Below are positions 24,301 through 37,895 of a DNA stretch of 64,000 nucleotides, one piece after another; position 1 is the stretch's first letter; the number at the start of each line of letters is the position of its first letter. Below the pieces are notes generated by a model. The model was not told the DNA's origin. It worked only from the letters and a program-made list of their open reading frames with translations, and did no database searches. The DNA is from Squalus acanthias (taxonomy: Eukaryota): the NCBI GenBank assembly GCA_030390025.1, contig JASTWF010000340.1, positions 310,001 to 374,000 of the forward strand, given 5' to 3'. The translations under genes were made by a program, and so were the position numbers.

Positions 24301-26480
24301 GGCCTCGCACAAAAAGATTGCTAATTAATCCTTTCTCATTACATAATACCCAGTCTACGATGACCTGATCTCTAGTTGGTTCCTCTACATATTTTTCCAG
24401 GAAACCATCCCGTATACACTCTAGGAAATACCTCCTCCACAGTATTGTTACTAATTTGGTTAGCCCAATCTATATGTAGATTAAAGTCACCCATGATAAC
24501 TGCTGTGCCCTTATTGCACGTGTCTCTAATTTCCCGTTTAATGCCTTCCCCAACCTCAGCATTACTGTTGGGGTGTCTGTATACAACTCCCACTAACGTT
24601 TTCTGCCCCTTGTTATTTCTCAGCTCTACCCATACAGATTCCACATCATCAGAGCTAATATCCTTCTTACTATTGTGCTGATCTCCTCTTTAACCAGCAA
24701 TGCTACCCCACCTCCTTTTCCTTTTTTTCTGTCCTTCCTGAATATTGAATACCCCTGGATGTTGAATTCCCATCCTTGGTCACCCTGGAGCCATGTCTCC
24801 GTACTCCCAATTATATAATATCCGTTTACATCTATTTGTGCAAGGGATATGGGGAGAAATCAGGGACATGGTAGTGAATTTTGATGATCAGCCATGATCA
24901 CATTAAATGGCGTAGCAGGCTCGAGGGGCCGAATGGCCTACTCCTGCTCCTATCTTCTATGTTTCTATTTAATTCATCCACCTTATTACGAATGCTCCTC
25001 GCATTAAGACACAAAGCCTTCAAGCTTGTTTTTTTACCACTCTTAGTCCTTTTAGAATTATTATTTACTGTAGCCCTGTGTGATTTACACGCTTGATTTC
25101 TCTGCCTTCCACTTTTGCTTTCCTCCTTCCTGTCTTTTGCCTTATCCTTGCTTCCCTTTCCTCTGTTTCACGACACAGGTTCCCAACCCCTGCCATTTTT
25201 GTTTAAATCCTCACCAACAGCCCTAGCAAACACTCCCCCTAGTGGATCGGTCCCGGTCCTGCTCTGGTGCAAACCGTCCAATTTGTACTGGTCCCACCTC
25301 CCCCAGAACCGGTTCCAATGTCCCAGGAATTTGTATGCCTCCCCCTTGCACCATTCCTCCAGCCACGTATTCAGCTGAAATATCATTCTATTTCTACTCT
25401 GACTAGCACGTGGCACCGGTAGCAATCCTGAGATTACTACCTTTGAGGTCCTATTTTTTAATTTACCTCCAAGCTCCCTATATTCAGCTTTTAGTACCTC
25501 ATCCCGTGTTTTACCTATATCGTTGGTACCTATATGCACCACGACAACTGGCTGTTCACCCTCCCCCTCCAGAATGCCCTGCTGCCGCTCCGAGACATCT
25601 TTGACCCTTGCACCAGGGAGGCAACATACCATCCTGGAGTCTCGTTTTCGGCTGCAGAAACGCCTATCTATTCCCCTTACAATAGAATCCCCTATCACTA
25701 TAGCTCTCCCGCACGCTTTCCTCCCTCTTGTGCAGCAGAACCAAACATGGTGCCAACAAGTTGGTTGCTGCTGCCTTCCCCCGATAAGCCATCTCCCACA
25801 ACAATATCCAAAGTGGTATATCTGTTTGAGAGTGGGATGTCCACAGGGGACCGCTGCACTACCTGCCTGCGCCTACTACTCTGCCTGGTGGTCCCCCATT
25901 CCTTTCTTGCCTGTGCAGCCTTTACCTGCGTGGTGACCAACTCCCTAAACGTGCTATCCACGATGTCCTCAGCATCGCGAATGCTCCAGTATGCATCCAT
26001 TCGCAGCTCTAGCACCGCAATGCGGTCTGCCAGGAACTGCAGCTGGATACATTTCTCGCACACATGGTCAACAGGGACACAGAAAGTGTCCCTATTTCCA
26101 ACATAGCGCAGGAGGAGCATGCCACGGGGCTGAGCTGTGCTGCCATGACTTTTCTTTTAATTAATTTAAATTAACTCAAATCAATACCACAAATTACATT
26201 GCAATTAAATGATATACCCAAGAGCCCTTGTATACTAGCACTCCCTGCTACACAACAGAGACCTTAGAAATTATAACCACACACATTAGGACCTACTAAA
26301 CTTTATAAACTATTAACCTTAACTGTCAAACTGCGGAGTAGTATAAATACTCACCTGGCCGTACTCACCCAATCAGCTGCTTCCTCTTGTCCGCGTCACT
26401 TTTTGAATTGTGACGCGGCTCTGGAACGCCGCCGGCGGTCTGTGAGATTGGTTAGCCTCTGAAAAAAGGCCCGCGAAAGT
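21335..26480 (-). mobile_element. Near full-length degraded CR1 LINE (ORF1 ATG ~26146; ORF2 APE+RT fragmented)
   Basis: ORF1 esterase 25168-25698, Zn-finger CSSC/CEKC; ORF2 YLDFQKAFD, GVPQGSVLGP, FADDTK; contains a Penelope insert and a + strand CR1 tail at ~24842-24968. Confidence 0.93.
22631..23338 (+). mobile_element. Penelope-like element 3' fragment with inverted partial pLTR
   Basis: GIY-YIG C-terminus (EQKLIAKLRTHEDGLNRDL); 22632-22698 is an inverted copy of ~23225-23297; TSD ATTACATATTTT/ATTACATCTTTT at 22619-22630 and 23339-23350. Confidence 0.85.
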
Positions 26481-28319
26481 GAGTTTAACTACTCACTGTG
26501 CTGCTGCTCTCTCCGCTCCCGACACTGATCTCTGCAAAAAAGCCCGCGAAAGTGAGTTGCTATGACGAGAAAGATTCCTCTGCTCGTAAACCCCTCTCAA
26601 AATATTACCAGTTAGATTATACTGTCTCTCAATGCCATTCCACACAAATTGCATTACTTCACATTTATCCGCCAAAAATTGCATCTGCCTTGTGTCTGCA
26701 CATTTCACCAGTCTGTTTACGTCTCCTGATTACTGCTATTATCCTGCTCAGTATTTACGGCATTAACAAGTTTTGTATCATCCATAAAATTCGCAATTGT
26801 ACTCCGTGTACCAAAGTCCATCTGGTGTATTTGTAAACAAATAAGCAATTGTCCGAATACCCTCCGCTGGCGGTGTCTACTGCATACTTCTCTCCAGTTT
26901 GAAATATATCCTTTCATCATTGCAATTTTGTATTGCGGTGCGAATCGCATTCCCTCGACAAAGTGAAGTGATAACGAATCGTGAAATAATTAGTTCGGAA
27001 ATGAAATCATTGCATCGACCGGTCTGCTTCTTCACAGTAAATCAAAGATAATATTATAATACCCATTCCTTAGATTTAGTTCAGAAATATTTAAATCCCA
27101 GACAAGCAGACGCTGTCTGGAATGTTGCTCAGGGAAAATTAGCTGGAGTACCAGTCATCTCAGAAAAGTGTATTCTCACAGAGCACATTACTTTCAGACA
27201 ATACGAGTTCGCACAACACTTTCAGCAGACAATGATTATTAGTGAGTTGCTATGTTGTGGACTGCACTTGCTGAAAGGGTGGTGAAAGCAGATTCAATAG
27301 TAAATTTCATAAGTAATTTGAATAAATACTTGAAGGCGGAAGATTTGCAGATTTATGGTGTACTACCAGCGGTTAGAGGGATTGATATGACGGCTATTTC
27401 AAAGAGCCGGCACGGGCAAGCTTGGTCGAATGGCCTCCTTCTGATCTCTATGATTCTATGAACAGATATTCACAGCTGTAATGTTTCAATGGTTTTATTT
27501 TGAAACGCTCAGAGGGGTGCTAATTATATAGAATTACATTGAATTTATTACAAAGAAAGTGACAATTTGGCCCTGCTGGTCCACATCGGTGTTCATGCTA
27601 CACATTGTACTTCCCTCCTACCGCCCTGCCCCGATGCGCCTCAATTATTTGCTCCCTCGTGTATACATTTAGCCTCGGCTTAGAGGCAACTATGTCACCT
27701 GCTTCAATCACTACACGGGGCAGCGAGTTCCACATTCTCAGCAATCCCTGTGTGAAGAAATTCCTCGCAAATTTCAGCTAAACCGACAACCTGCTTGCAG
27801 CAGCTCCCGAACCTACATGGGTGATGTTTCTCGTGCTAGGTAGATTGGTAGCTCAGAGAGCCAATCATCATCACAGAGAGCTGAGTGACGGGGTTCAAAG
27901 GTCCATCTTCTGTCTCTTTCTCTCTCTCTCTCAGTCCCCCTTTACATTTATCTTTAATTCCAGTCGCCTGTCCCATTTATCTGCACTGTCTCTCTCTCTC
28001 TTTCTCTCATTGCCCATTACCTCTAGTTTCCATACGATAACTTTCAACCCTATGTCTCAATACAATTTCACTCCCTTCCGCCCTCGCTCTCTTTTTAACT
28101 CCCTTATCCGGTCTCAACTGATTCCCCCTCGTTCCATTTCTCCATGATGCTCTCGCATTCCTTCTCTCTCTCTTTTTCTCTCCCACACCTACTTTTCATT
28201 CTTCTCTGGAGATCTGTCTTTCTCTCAAACCCTCTCTCGGACGTCTTTTGCTGCTCCCTTTAACACGGTAATTTTCTTCCTCTGTCTGTCTGCCTGTCTG
28301 TGATGAATTACACATCTGG

Positions 28320-28740
28320 ATGTGAGCAGCTCCAACTCAGGAATCTTGACACCATTCAGGACAAAGCAGCCCGCTTGATTGGCACCTCATCCACCACCTC
28401 AAACATTCACTCGCTCCACCAGCTGCAGTGTGTACCATCTAAAAGAGGCACTGCAGCAACTCACCAAGGCTTCTGCGGCAGCAGCACCCAAACCCGCGAC
28501 CTCTACCACCTAGAAGGAAAAGGGCAGCAGGCGCATGGGAACACCATCCAAGTCACACATCATCCTCACTTGGAACTATATCGCTGTTCCTTCCTCATCG
28601 CTTATCCAAATTATAGAACTCACTACATTGTTGTGCACTTTGACTCGCTGCGGTTCAATTAGAAGGCCACCGATCACCTTCTGAATGGGAAACTAGGGAT
28701 GGACAGTAGTTGCCGGCCATCTCAGCGACTACCACAACGG
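28320..28740 (+). mobile_element. Non-LTR retrotransposon 3' fragment (copies at ~30370-30960 and ~35690-35970)
   Basis: LDTIQDKAARLIG..IHSLH RT C-terminal-like motif repeated once in each tandem unit. Confidence 0.65.
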
Positions 28741-29337
28741 TAATGATATCAATATTTGGGCTCCCACAAAAACAGCTCGATTATGTGAAATTTGTGACCG
28801 TCGCAGCCTCGCTGAGATTGGTTTCTAACTGCCTTCCTTTGGCAGAGGTGTAATACTTGCACTGGTACCGGTCGCGGTGCGGGTATAGTGGAGACTTTCA
28901 CCCTTTCTGATTGCATCTTCACCTGGGATAATTAGCAGCACTGGGCTTTTCAAAGCAATCATTTCCTTGTTCCGCTCGTATCCCAAAGTAAAATCTTCGG
29001 CCTAAAACCGGACTTTGTATAGAGAACTCGAGCTGATTAAATTTCTTTGGCTCCGCCATTTGATTTGCTGCATTACATCAGCGACTACACTTCAAAAGTA
29101 CGACATAGGCTGTGAAGCGCTTAAGGACATTCTGTGGTGGTGAAAGGCACTATAGAAATCCAAGACTTTATTTTTTTCTTTTCAATGAAATCACGAACTT
29201 CCCTTTTGTAGAATATCGGTATCCGATGTGAAACTGCGCTTTAACAAAGCACAATCAGCATTGAGTTCCCAACTTGCACTGCACATGAAAATCCGCAGGT
29301 CCATTTCTAAATGTTATTTCTATGTATTTTACCACAG

Positions 29338-29628
29338 ATCCGCTAACGCCAGTGATTTTTCTTAATCAACCGACTGGGGTGTATGTAGTAGGAGAGACGG
29401 TCACCATTTCCTGCACTTTGACCGGAGATTATCGCGATAAAAAGTTCTACTTTTACAAAGATAATCAATATCTGAAAACCGATCAAATTGTCCCAAAGAA
29501 CAGCATTGGAACATTACGGGTTACCAGTACAGACCGAGGAGGGCGGTACCAGTGCGCGTATAGAACCTCCGTTAATGGGTGGTGGTTAGTGTCTCATCAC
29601 AGCGATTCTGTGACGGTCACTGTAGCAG
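29338..29628 (+). CDS. Ig-receptor gene 1, C2-type Ig domain exon D1 (intact)
   Basis: ccacag|ATCCG...GCAG|gtaagt, 291 nt, phase 1-1; GETVTISC..FYFYKD..GGRYQC..SHHSDSVTVTV. Confidence 0.92.
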
Positions 29629-31567
29629 GTAAGTGACAGGGAGCAGAGATTTTTCATCTGTTTCTTTCATCGCTCATGATATTTTTTAGAAAATCAGGCT
29701 TTAATCACTTTAACAAAATGAATGGTTTAATATTAGGAGAGAGGAATATAACCGAATGGGTTTTGATCTTATTGCTCAACTCGAGACAGGATCCCTGTAA
29801 AACTGGCCCCTACATTCTCCTGTTGTGAATGTATTACCAGCAAACGTCGTTACTGGATAAGGGAGTAAAATATGCAGGGGGCAATAGATATTCGTCCGCC
29901 CGTTTTATGCCCCGCCTGATTTTCTTTTCCATTTAATTATGTGTTTCAAATCGAATCGTGACCACCTGTTTCTTGGAACCACCTAAGAAAAAAATGCTGC
30001 AGTATATGTTTCAACTATCAAAGTTTAGTGCCACAATGACAGCACGGCGCCAGGGATATTAACTCCACTGTCTGTAGCGTCACCTCAAGAATCTCTCCCG
30101 ACTGACTGGCCTTGACACATTACAGGTTTCTCTGTCAGACAACAGAATCTGCGTTCCGATACTTTCAAAAGGACCTTGTTATGCGCGATATATTAATCTA
30201 ATTACGTTGTGGTGTTCCATATCTCTCTCTGCATTGCATTTCGGCAGCACTTCACTTAAACGGGACCTTCACCACCCAGAAGGACAAGGGCAGCAGCCGC
30301 ATGGGAACAACATCACCTCTCAATTCTACTCTAACACCATCAACTAGAAGTTCCACTCCACATAATCACTGTGGCTACTAGAGGAGGTCGCTGGCGAGGA
30401 ATTCTGAGGCGAATGACTCACCTCCTGACTCTGCAAAGACTTTCTAACATCTACTTGCACAAGTCAGGTGTTTGATGGAATACTCTCCACATGCCTGGGT
30501 GAGAGCAGGTCCAACTCAGCAAGCTGGACCCTATCCAGGACAAAGCAGCCCGCTTGATTGGCAGGTCATGCACCACATTAAACATTCAGGCCGTCCACCA
30601 CCGGAGCACAGTGGCTGCATTGTATACCATCTACAAAATGCACTTCAGCAACTCACCAAGGCTTATTCGGCAGCACCTCCCAAACCCGCGAACTCAACCA
30701 TCTAGAAAGGAAAGCGCAGCAGGCGCATGGGAACAGCAGCACCTCCCCGTTGACCTCCAAGTAACACACCATCCTGACTTGGAAATATATCGCTGTTGCT
30801 TCATCGTCGGTCGGTCAAAATCTTAGAACTCACTGCATTGTTGTGCACTTTGACCGCACCGGACTCGCTGTGGATCAAATCGAAGGCCAGTCATCAGCTT
30901 CTGAAGAGGAAACTGGGGACGGTCTGTTGTTGCCAACCATGCCAGCGACAACCACAACAGTAATGATAACAACAATTGATGGCTCACAATAACGGCTCAA
31001 TTTTTTGAAATGTCTGACGGTCACAGCCCCGCTGAGATTGGTTTCTAACTGCCTTCCCTTGGCGGAGGTTTCATACTTGCACTTGTACAGGTCACCAATC
31101 GCGATGCGGGTATAATGGAGACTTTGACTCTTTTTGATCGCATCTACACCTGGGATAAATTAGCAGTACTGAGGATGTCCCAAGCAGCCATTTCCTTGTT
31201 GCGCTCGTATCCCAGAGTAAAATCTCTGGCCTTAAACCGGACTTTGTATAGAGAACTCGAGCAGATTTAGGTTCTTTGGCTCCGCAATTTGATTTCCTAC
31301 TTTACAACAGCGACTACACTTCAAAAGTAGTAAATTGGTGGTAAAGCGCATTGAGACGTCCAGGGGTCATGAAAGGTGCTAGAGGAATGGACGTCTTTCT
31401 TTATTTCTTTGTAATCAAATCCCGAAGTCCCCTTTTGTGGAATCTTTGCATCCGATGTGAAACTGCGCTTTAACACCGCACAATCATCATTGAGTTCCCA
31501 AATTTGCACTCTACATGAAAATCCGCAGATCCATTTCTAAATGTTATTTCTATTTATTTTACCACAG

Positions 31568-31861
31568 GTCCGCTAACACCGCCCGTGATATCTCTTGATC
31601 AACCGACTGGGGTGTATGTAGTAGGAGAGACGGTCACCATGACCTGCACCGTGACCGGAGATTATCGCGTTAAAACCTTCTACTTTTACAAAGATAATTA
31701 ATATCTGCAAACCGATCAAATTGTCACAAAGGACAAAATTGGAAAATTCCCGGTTACCACTAAAGGCCAAGGAGGGCGGTACCAGTGCCGATATAGAACC
31801 TCCGTCATGGGGAGATGGTTAGAATCTCAACGCAGCGAGTCTGTGATGGTCACTGAAGCAG
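31568..31861 (+). pseudogene. Duplicated Ig exon D1' with in-frame TAA at 31699-31701
   Basis: Close paralogue of 29338-29628 with intact splice sites (ccacag|GT...GCAG|gtgagt, 294 nt); CAA in D1 corresponds to TAA here. Confidence 0.88.
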
Positions 31862-31994
31862 GTGAGTGAAAGAGAGCAGAGATTTCTCATTTTTTTCATC
31901 ACTCTTCGTATGTTTATAAAATCAGGATTTAACCACTGCAACTGAATTAATGGTTTAATATTAGGAGAGAGGAAAACAACAGGATTGGTTTTAA

Positions 31995-34804
31995 GAACAT
32001 AAGAATATAAGAAACAGCAGCAGGATTAGGCCATTTGGTACTTCAAGCCTGCTCCGCCATTCAGTACGATCATTCGCAATCACCGAGAGCATCTCCTCTT
32101 TCCTGCACTATGCACATATCCCTTGATTCCCTTAATATTCAAAAAATCTATCGCCCTCTGTCTTGAATATAATCAAGGACTGAGCCTTCACAGCCCCATG
32201 GGATACTGAGTGCCAAAGATTCACCATCCTCTCAGTGGAGAAATTTCTCCTCATCTCATTTCTAAATGATGTGGAGATGCCGGTTTTGGACTGGGGTGTG
32301 CAAATGTGAAAAGTCGCACAACACCAGGTTATAGTCCAACAGCTTTATTTAAAATCACAAGCTTTCGGAGCGCTGCTCCTTCGTCAGTTGAAGTGAAGAG
32401 ATGCATATAGGCACAGCATATCTAGTCAGAGAACACTGCCAGATGATTACAGTTAATCTTTCTAACTGCCCTTTATCACACCTCGGCAGAGAGATAATCA
32501 CGGCAATCAAAGGTGTGGATGGTGTCCAAACAGGTCAGTGAGGAAAACATTACATCAAAGACAATGAGGTGGGCTCACAAGGGCTCAAATCTGTCAGATG
32601 CTGGGGTCTGTATGGAAAACAAAAACTTTTTTTGCTGGAAATCACAGCAGGTCCGGCCGCATCTGTGTCGAGAGAACAAGCCAACGACGACTCGAGTCTG
32701 GATGACTCTACGTCAGGTGGGGTTACATGTAGCGTGACATGAACCCAAGATCCCGGTTGAGGCCGTCCTCATGGGTGCAAAGCTTGGCTATCAATTTCTG
32801 CTCGACGATTATGTGTTGTCGTGTATCTCGAAGACGCCTTGGAGAACGCTTACCCGAAGATCGGAGGCTGAATGTCCTTGATTGCTGAACTGTTCCCCGA
32901 CTGGGAGGCAACACTCCTGCCTGGTCATTGTTGTGCGGTGTCCGTTCATACGTTGTCGCAGTATCTGCATGGTCTCGCTGATGTACCATGCTCCGGGGCA
33001 TCCTTTCCTGCAACGTATGAGGTAGACAACTTTGACCGAGACACATGACTATGTACCATGTACCTGGTGGGTGGTGTCCTCACGTGTGATGATGATATCT
33101 GTGTTGATGCTCTGGCATGTCTTGCAGAGGTTGCTGTCGCAGGGTTGTGTGGTGTCGTGGACGCTGTACTCCTGAAAGCTGGGTAATTTGCTGCGAACGA
33201 TAGTCTGTTTGAGGTTAGGGGGCTGTTTGAAGGCGAGGAGTGGAGGCGTGGGGATGGCCTTAGCGAGGTGTTCGGCGTCATCGATGACATGTTAAAGGTT
33301 CCGAAGAACATGGCGTAGTTTATCCGCTCCGGGGAAGTACAGGACGTTGTAGGGTACTCTGTTGGTTGTGTCCCCTGTTTGTCTTCTGAGGAGGTCTATG
33401 CGATTTCTCGCTGTGGCCCGTCGGAACTGTCGATCCACAAGTCGAGCGTCATATCCTGTTCTTACGAGGGCGTCTTTCAGCGTTTGTAGGTGTCCATCGC
33501 GTTCCTCCACGTCTGAGCAGATCCTGTGTATTCGCAGGGCTTGTCCATAGGGGATGGCTTCTTTAACGTGGTTAGGGTGGAAGCTGGAGAAGTGAAGCAT
33601 CGTGAGGTTGTCCGTGGGCTTGCGGTAGAGTGAAATGCTGAGGTATCCGCCTTTGATGGAGATTCGTGTGTCAAAGAATTAAACTGATTCTGTGGAGTGG
33701 TCTATGGTGAGTTTGATGGTGGGCTGGAACTTGTTGATGTTATCGGTTAGTCTTTTCAGTGATTCTTCGCCTTTGGTCCATAGGAAGAAAATGTCGTCGA
33801 TGTATCTGGTGTATAGCGTTAGTTGGAGGACCTGTGCAGAGAAGACGTTTTGTTCGAACTTGTGCATGAAGATGTGGGGGTATTGGGGTGCGAATTTGGT
33901 CCCCATAGCTGTTCCGTGTGTTTGGGTAAAAACTGGTTGTCGAAGGTGACGACATTATGGTCAAGGATGAAGCAGATGAGTTGTAGGATGGCATCTGGAT
34001 ATTGGCTGTTGTTGGTGTTGAGTACTGAGGCTGTCGAAGCGATGCCGTCATTTTGGGGGATACTGGTGTAGAGTCCCGAGACCTCCATCGTGGCGAGGAG
34101 TGTTCCTAAATTTCTAAATGGCCGACCCCTTAAACTGAGACTTTGGACCCTGGTTCTAGATGCACATTTCTCCACATTTTATTACATTTGCCGTGATCTT
34201 GCCCACTCACTTTGCCTGTCAATGTCACCTTGAAGCCTTCTTACATACTCCTCACAACATATGTTGCACCAGCTTTGTATCAACTGCAAACTTGGATATA
34301 TTACAATTGATCCCTTCATCCAAATCATTAATGTAGATTGTGAATAACTGAGGCCCAAGCACTGAACCTTACGTTACCCCACTAGTTAGAGCCTGCCAAC
34401 CCGAAAATGACCCTATTATTCTTCCTCTCTGTGTTCTGTCCGTTAACCAATCCTCAATTCATGAAAATATATTATCCCCAATCCCATGTGCCCTAATGTT
34501 GTTTATTAACCTCCTGTGTGGCAAATTATCGAATGCCTTCCGAAAATCCAAATGCACCACATCCACTGATTCTCCCTTAGCTATTCTGCTAGTTAAAACC
34601 TCCAAAAACTCTAACAGATTTGTCAAACACGATTTCAGTTTCATAAATCCGTGTTAACTTTGCCCAATTCTATTATTATTTTCTAAGTGCCCATTACCAT
34701 TTCCTCAATAACAGATTCGAACATTTTCCCTGTTACTGATGTCAGGCTAATTGGTCTGTGTTTCCCCGTTTTCTCTCTCCCTCCTTTCTTAAATAGTGGG
34801 GTTA
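31995..34804 (-). mobile_element. 5'-truncated CR1 with 8-bp TSD GGTTTTAA, interrupted by Penelope
   Basis: GGTTTTAA at 31987-31994 and 34805-34812; flanks rejoin to match the uninterrupted paralogous unit at ~29755-29800. Confidence 0.85.
32269..34109 (-). mobile_element. Penelope-like retroelement (RT + GIY-YIG), 5'-truncated and degraded
   Basis: LYTSIP, MGTKFAPQY, YTRYIDDIFFLW, HPNHVKEAIPYGQALRIHRICS, EQKLIAKL..GLNRDLG; 11-bp direct repeat ATTTCTAAATG at 32258-32268 and 34110-34120. Confidence 0.92.
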
Positions 34805-36224
34805 GGTTTTAATCTTATTGCTCAACTCTTGACAGAATTCATGAAACATTGGGCCGTGCAATCACTCGCTGTGCACCTGTTAGCGGCAAACAGCGTTACT
34901 GGAGATAAGGGTGTGAAATTCGTCACGGGAGGGCGTGCAAAACGGGCGAAAGCGAATCGGCCGCCCGATTCACACCCGCCCGGTATCTGATTCCATTGAA
35001 GGCAGTGGGAACGGAAATCAGGCGATGTGTAAAACGTGCTGACGATGTGTTATCGCCTGCTTTAGGCTACTGTAAAAGACGATTTTATACTCCATTGCGT
35101 CTGAATGTTGTGAATTCAACCCCAACGAAAAACATGAGCTCACAGTCCGCGGCAACACTTGGAGGGTAAATCTAACCACATCCTCCAGGCGGGAAAGAGG
35201 CGGATAGGGATCGGCCTTACGTTTTAAGATCCGCCCAATTATACCCTCCATTGACTTGGATGGAGTGTAATATCGTGCTAGTTTGCACTTGCCCCTGTGA
35301 CTGAGTACTGACGGAATGCAGTGTTATGGAGCTGAGAGACCCGATAATTAGCGATGTGCAGATAAGATATTCTGACTGGGGAACTGCAGGCTGTCTGTTA
35401 TAAACACACCAAATATGACCCTGATTTCCAAATTTACTCCCTAAATGTCTGGAACTACCACAGTGGAATGTTTAATGTCAAATGGCTTAATCCTGCCAGA
35501 TTTTTAACTGCACGGAGTGTATATTCACCTCATGAGGCACCGCCAGACTGGCCGGCCTTGTCAGATTACAGAGTCTCCGTCAGGTAACCGAAACTGTGTA
35601 ACGTGATTTAGAAAAACATCCTGATAAGCGAATTTTTTAACTTAAGTACATTTTAGGTTTCCATATCCCTCAATGGATTGCATTTCGTCTACACCTCGAA
35701 AACCCTCGACCTTCATCATCAAAAAGGAGGATGGCAGTAGTTGCATGGGGACAGCATCATCTCCTAGTTCCACCTCCAATTCACACACCATCCTGACTTG
35801 GAGATATATCTGGCGTTCCTTCATCGTCGCTCGCTCAAAATCTTTGAAGTCCATACCGAACAGCATTGTGGGAGCACAAATGGGTTCAAGAAGAAGGCCG
35901 ACCACCATCTTCTCAAGGGCAACTGGGGTCGGGCACTAAATGCTGGACTTGCCAGCGAAGCCCACATTCTAGAGCCCAGCAACCCTGAACTGCTTTATGT
36001 GAAATGCAACTCCACACGGTTTATGGGAGTTGCTCACTCCTTTTAATCCGTATGGCTAGACGAAATTATCAGAAATGTGAATTTCAAACGAACACTTCTT
36101 CTCCTGGTATCAAAGATGGAAATTTCAGCATTCAGCCCAGGTTTTGGAACAAGATCCCCAAATGATTTTTTTCTGTCCAATCTCTGTTTGAAGCCTTCAA
36201 TTCCCCTTTTGTCGAATCTCAATC

Positions 36225-36352
36225 GCCGATGCGAACATTTCAATTTAACACGACACAATCGTTATTGAGTTACCAGCCTTTCATGGCACAAGAAAATGCA
36301 GAAATCCATTTCCGATCTTCTTTCCATTTATTTTACCACAGATGCGGTAACA
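36225..36352 (+). pseudogene. Remnant of a third D1-type Ig exon (acceptor + ~11 nt), cut off by CR1 sequence
   Basis: Intron end homologous to 29225-29337; ttttaccacag|ATGCGGTAACA vs ATCCGCTAACG, then CR1 RT (IYFGRKNEERQ). Confidence 0.75.
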
Positions 36353-37390
36353 ATACCAAATATATTAACGTAGAAGAATGCGACTTGATATATTTTGGTA
36401 GGAAGAACGAGGAGAGGCAATAAAAACTAAAGGGTAAAATCCTAAAGGATGTTTGTAAACAGAGAGACCTGGAGGTATATGTGCACACATCGTTGAAGGT
36501 GGCAGGGCAGTTTGAGATACCGGTTATAAAAGCATACGGGATCCTGAACTTCTTAAATAGTGGCATAAAGTAAAACAGCAAGGAAGTTATAATAAACTTT
36601 TATAAAACACCTTACCGGCCTCAACTGGAGTATTGTGTCTAATTCTGGGCAACGCACATTAGGAATGGTGTGAAGGCCTCAGAGAGGGGCACAGAAGATT
36701 TACATTGACGATTCCAGGGATTACGGACTTCAGTTACGTGGACATATTAGATAAACTGGGTTTGTTCTCCTTAGAGCAGAAAAGGTTGAGAGGAAATTTG
36801 ATTTGTACAATCAGACCTGCGACCCCTGGTTACCTACCTTTCTGTCACTGGAAAAAGTTCATACTTATTTACTCTATCAAAACCCTTCACGATTTTGATC
36901 ACCTCTATTAAATCTCTACTCAACCTTCTCTGCTCTGAGGATATCAATCACAGTTTCACCAGCCTCTCAATATTACTGAAATCCCTCATCGCTGGAAGCA
37001 TTCTGGTAAATCTCCTCTACACCGTCTCTAAGGCATTGACATCCTTCCTAAAGTGTAATGACCTAATTTGGGACACGGTATTCCTACATGGCATCTAACC
37101 AATGATTTCTACAGCTTTAGCATATCTTCTTTGACTTTGTAGTCTCAACCTCAGTTTGATAAAGCTTTTCTTTAAATGTTTCCTCAGCCTATCCCGCCAC
37201 CTTCAAAGACTTGTATATGTGCACCCCAGGTCCCGTTGTTCCTGCACCACGTTTAAAATTGTACCATTTCGTATTACTGTCCCTCCTCATTCTTTCTTAC
37301 CAAAATGTGTCACTTCACACTTCTCTGTGTTAAATTTCATCTGCCCCCATGTTTCTCTCAATTTCACCAGTCTGTCTATGTACTCCTGAA
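36353..37390. mobile_element. Tail-to-tail pair of CR1 RT fragments (+ 36353-36800, - 36800-37390)
   Basis: Both halves cover the FGRKNEER..GLFSLEQ region in opposite orientation. Confidence 0.75.
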
Positions 37391-37895
37391 TTAAAAACAG
37401 AACATGCTGGAAATACTCAGCAGGCGAGGCAGCATCTGTAGAGAGAGAAACAGATTTAACAGTTCAGATTGATGACCTTTCCTCAGAACTGCCAAAAACT
37501 TCGCGATATAAAAGACTTTAAGCAAAGGCAGAGGCAGGGAAAGGGGGGAAAGGGTGAAAAGATCAAAAGGGAAGGTCTGTGATAGTTTGGAATGCTGGAA
37601 AAATTAAATGATAGATGGTCTGATTGTACAATGCAAAAGGAGATGGTATGGGACCAGTAAAGAAAGAAAAGATGGGTCTAGAAGTTGTGTAAATGGGAAT
37701 AGCAGAATCATGTCCTCTTGATGTGTGTTGCTATCCTCCTCACTGCTCAATATATTTTCGACTGTCGTGTCTTCTCCAAACTTTTCAATTATGCCCTGTT
37801 TACAAAAGTTCAACTTATTCATTTTTTGGTTCAAAAGAATAAGTCTGTATTGCATTTTGAATCGATGGTCACTACTTGTTCCTTTCGAAATACAG

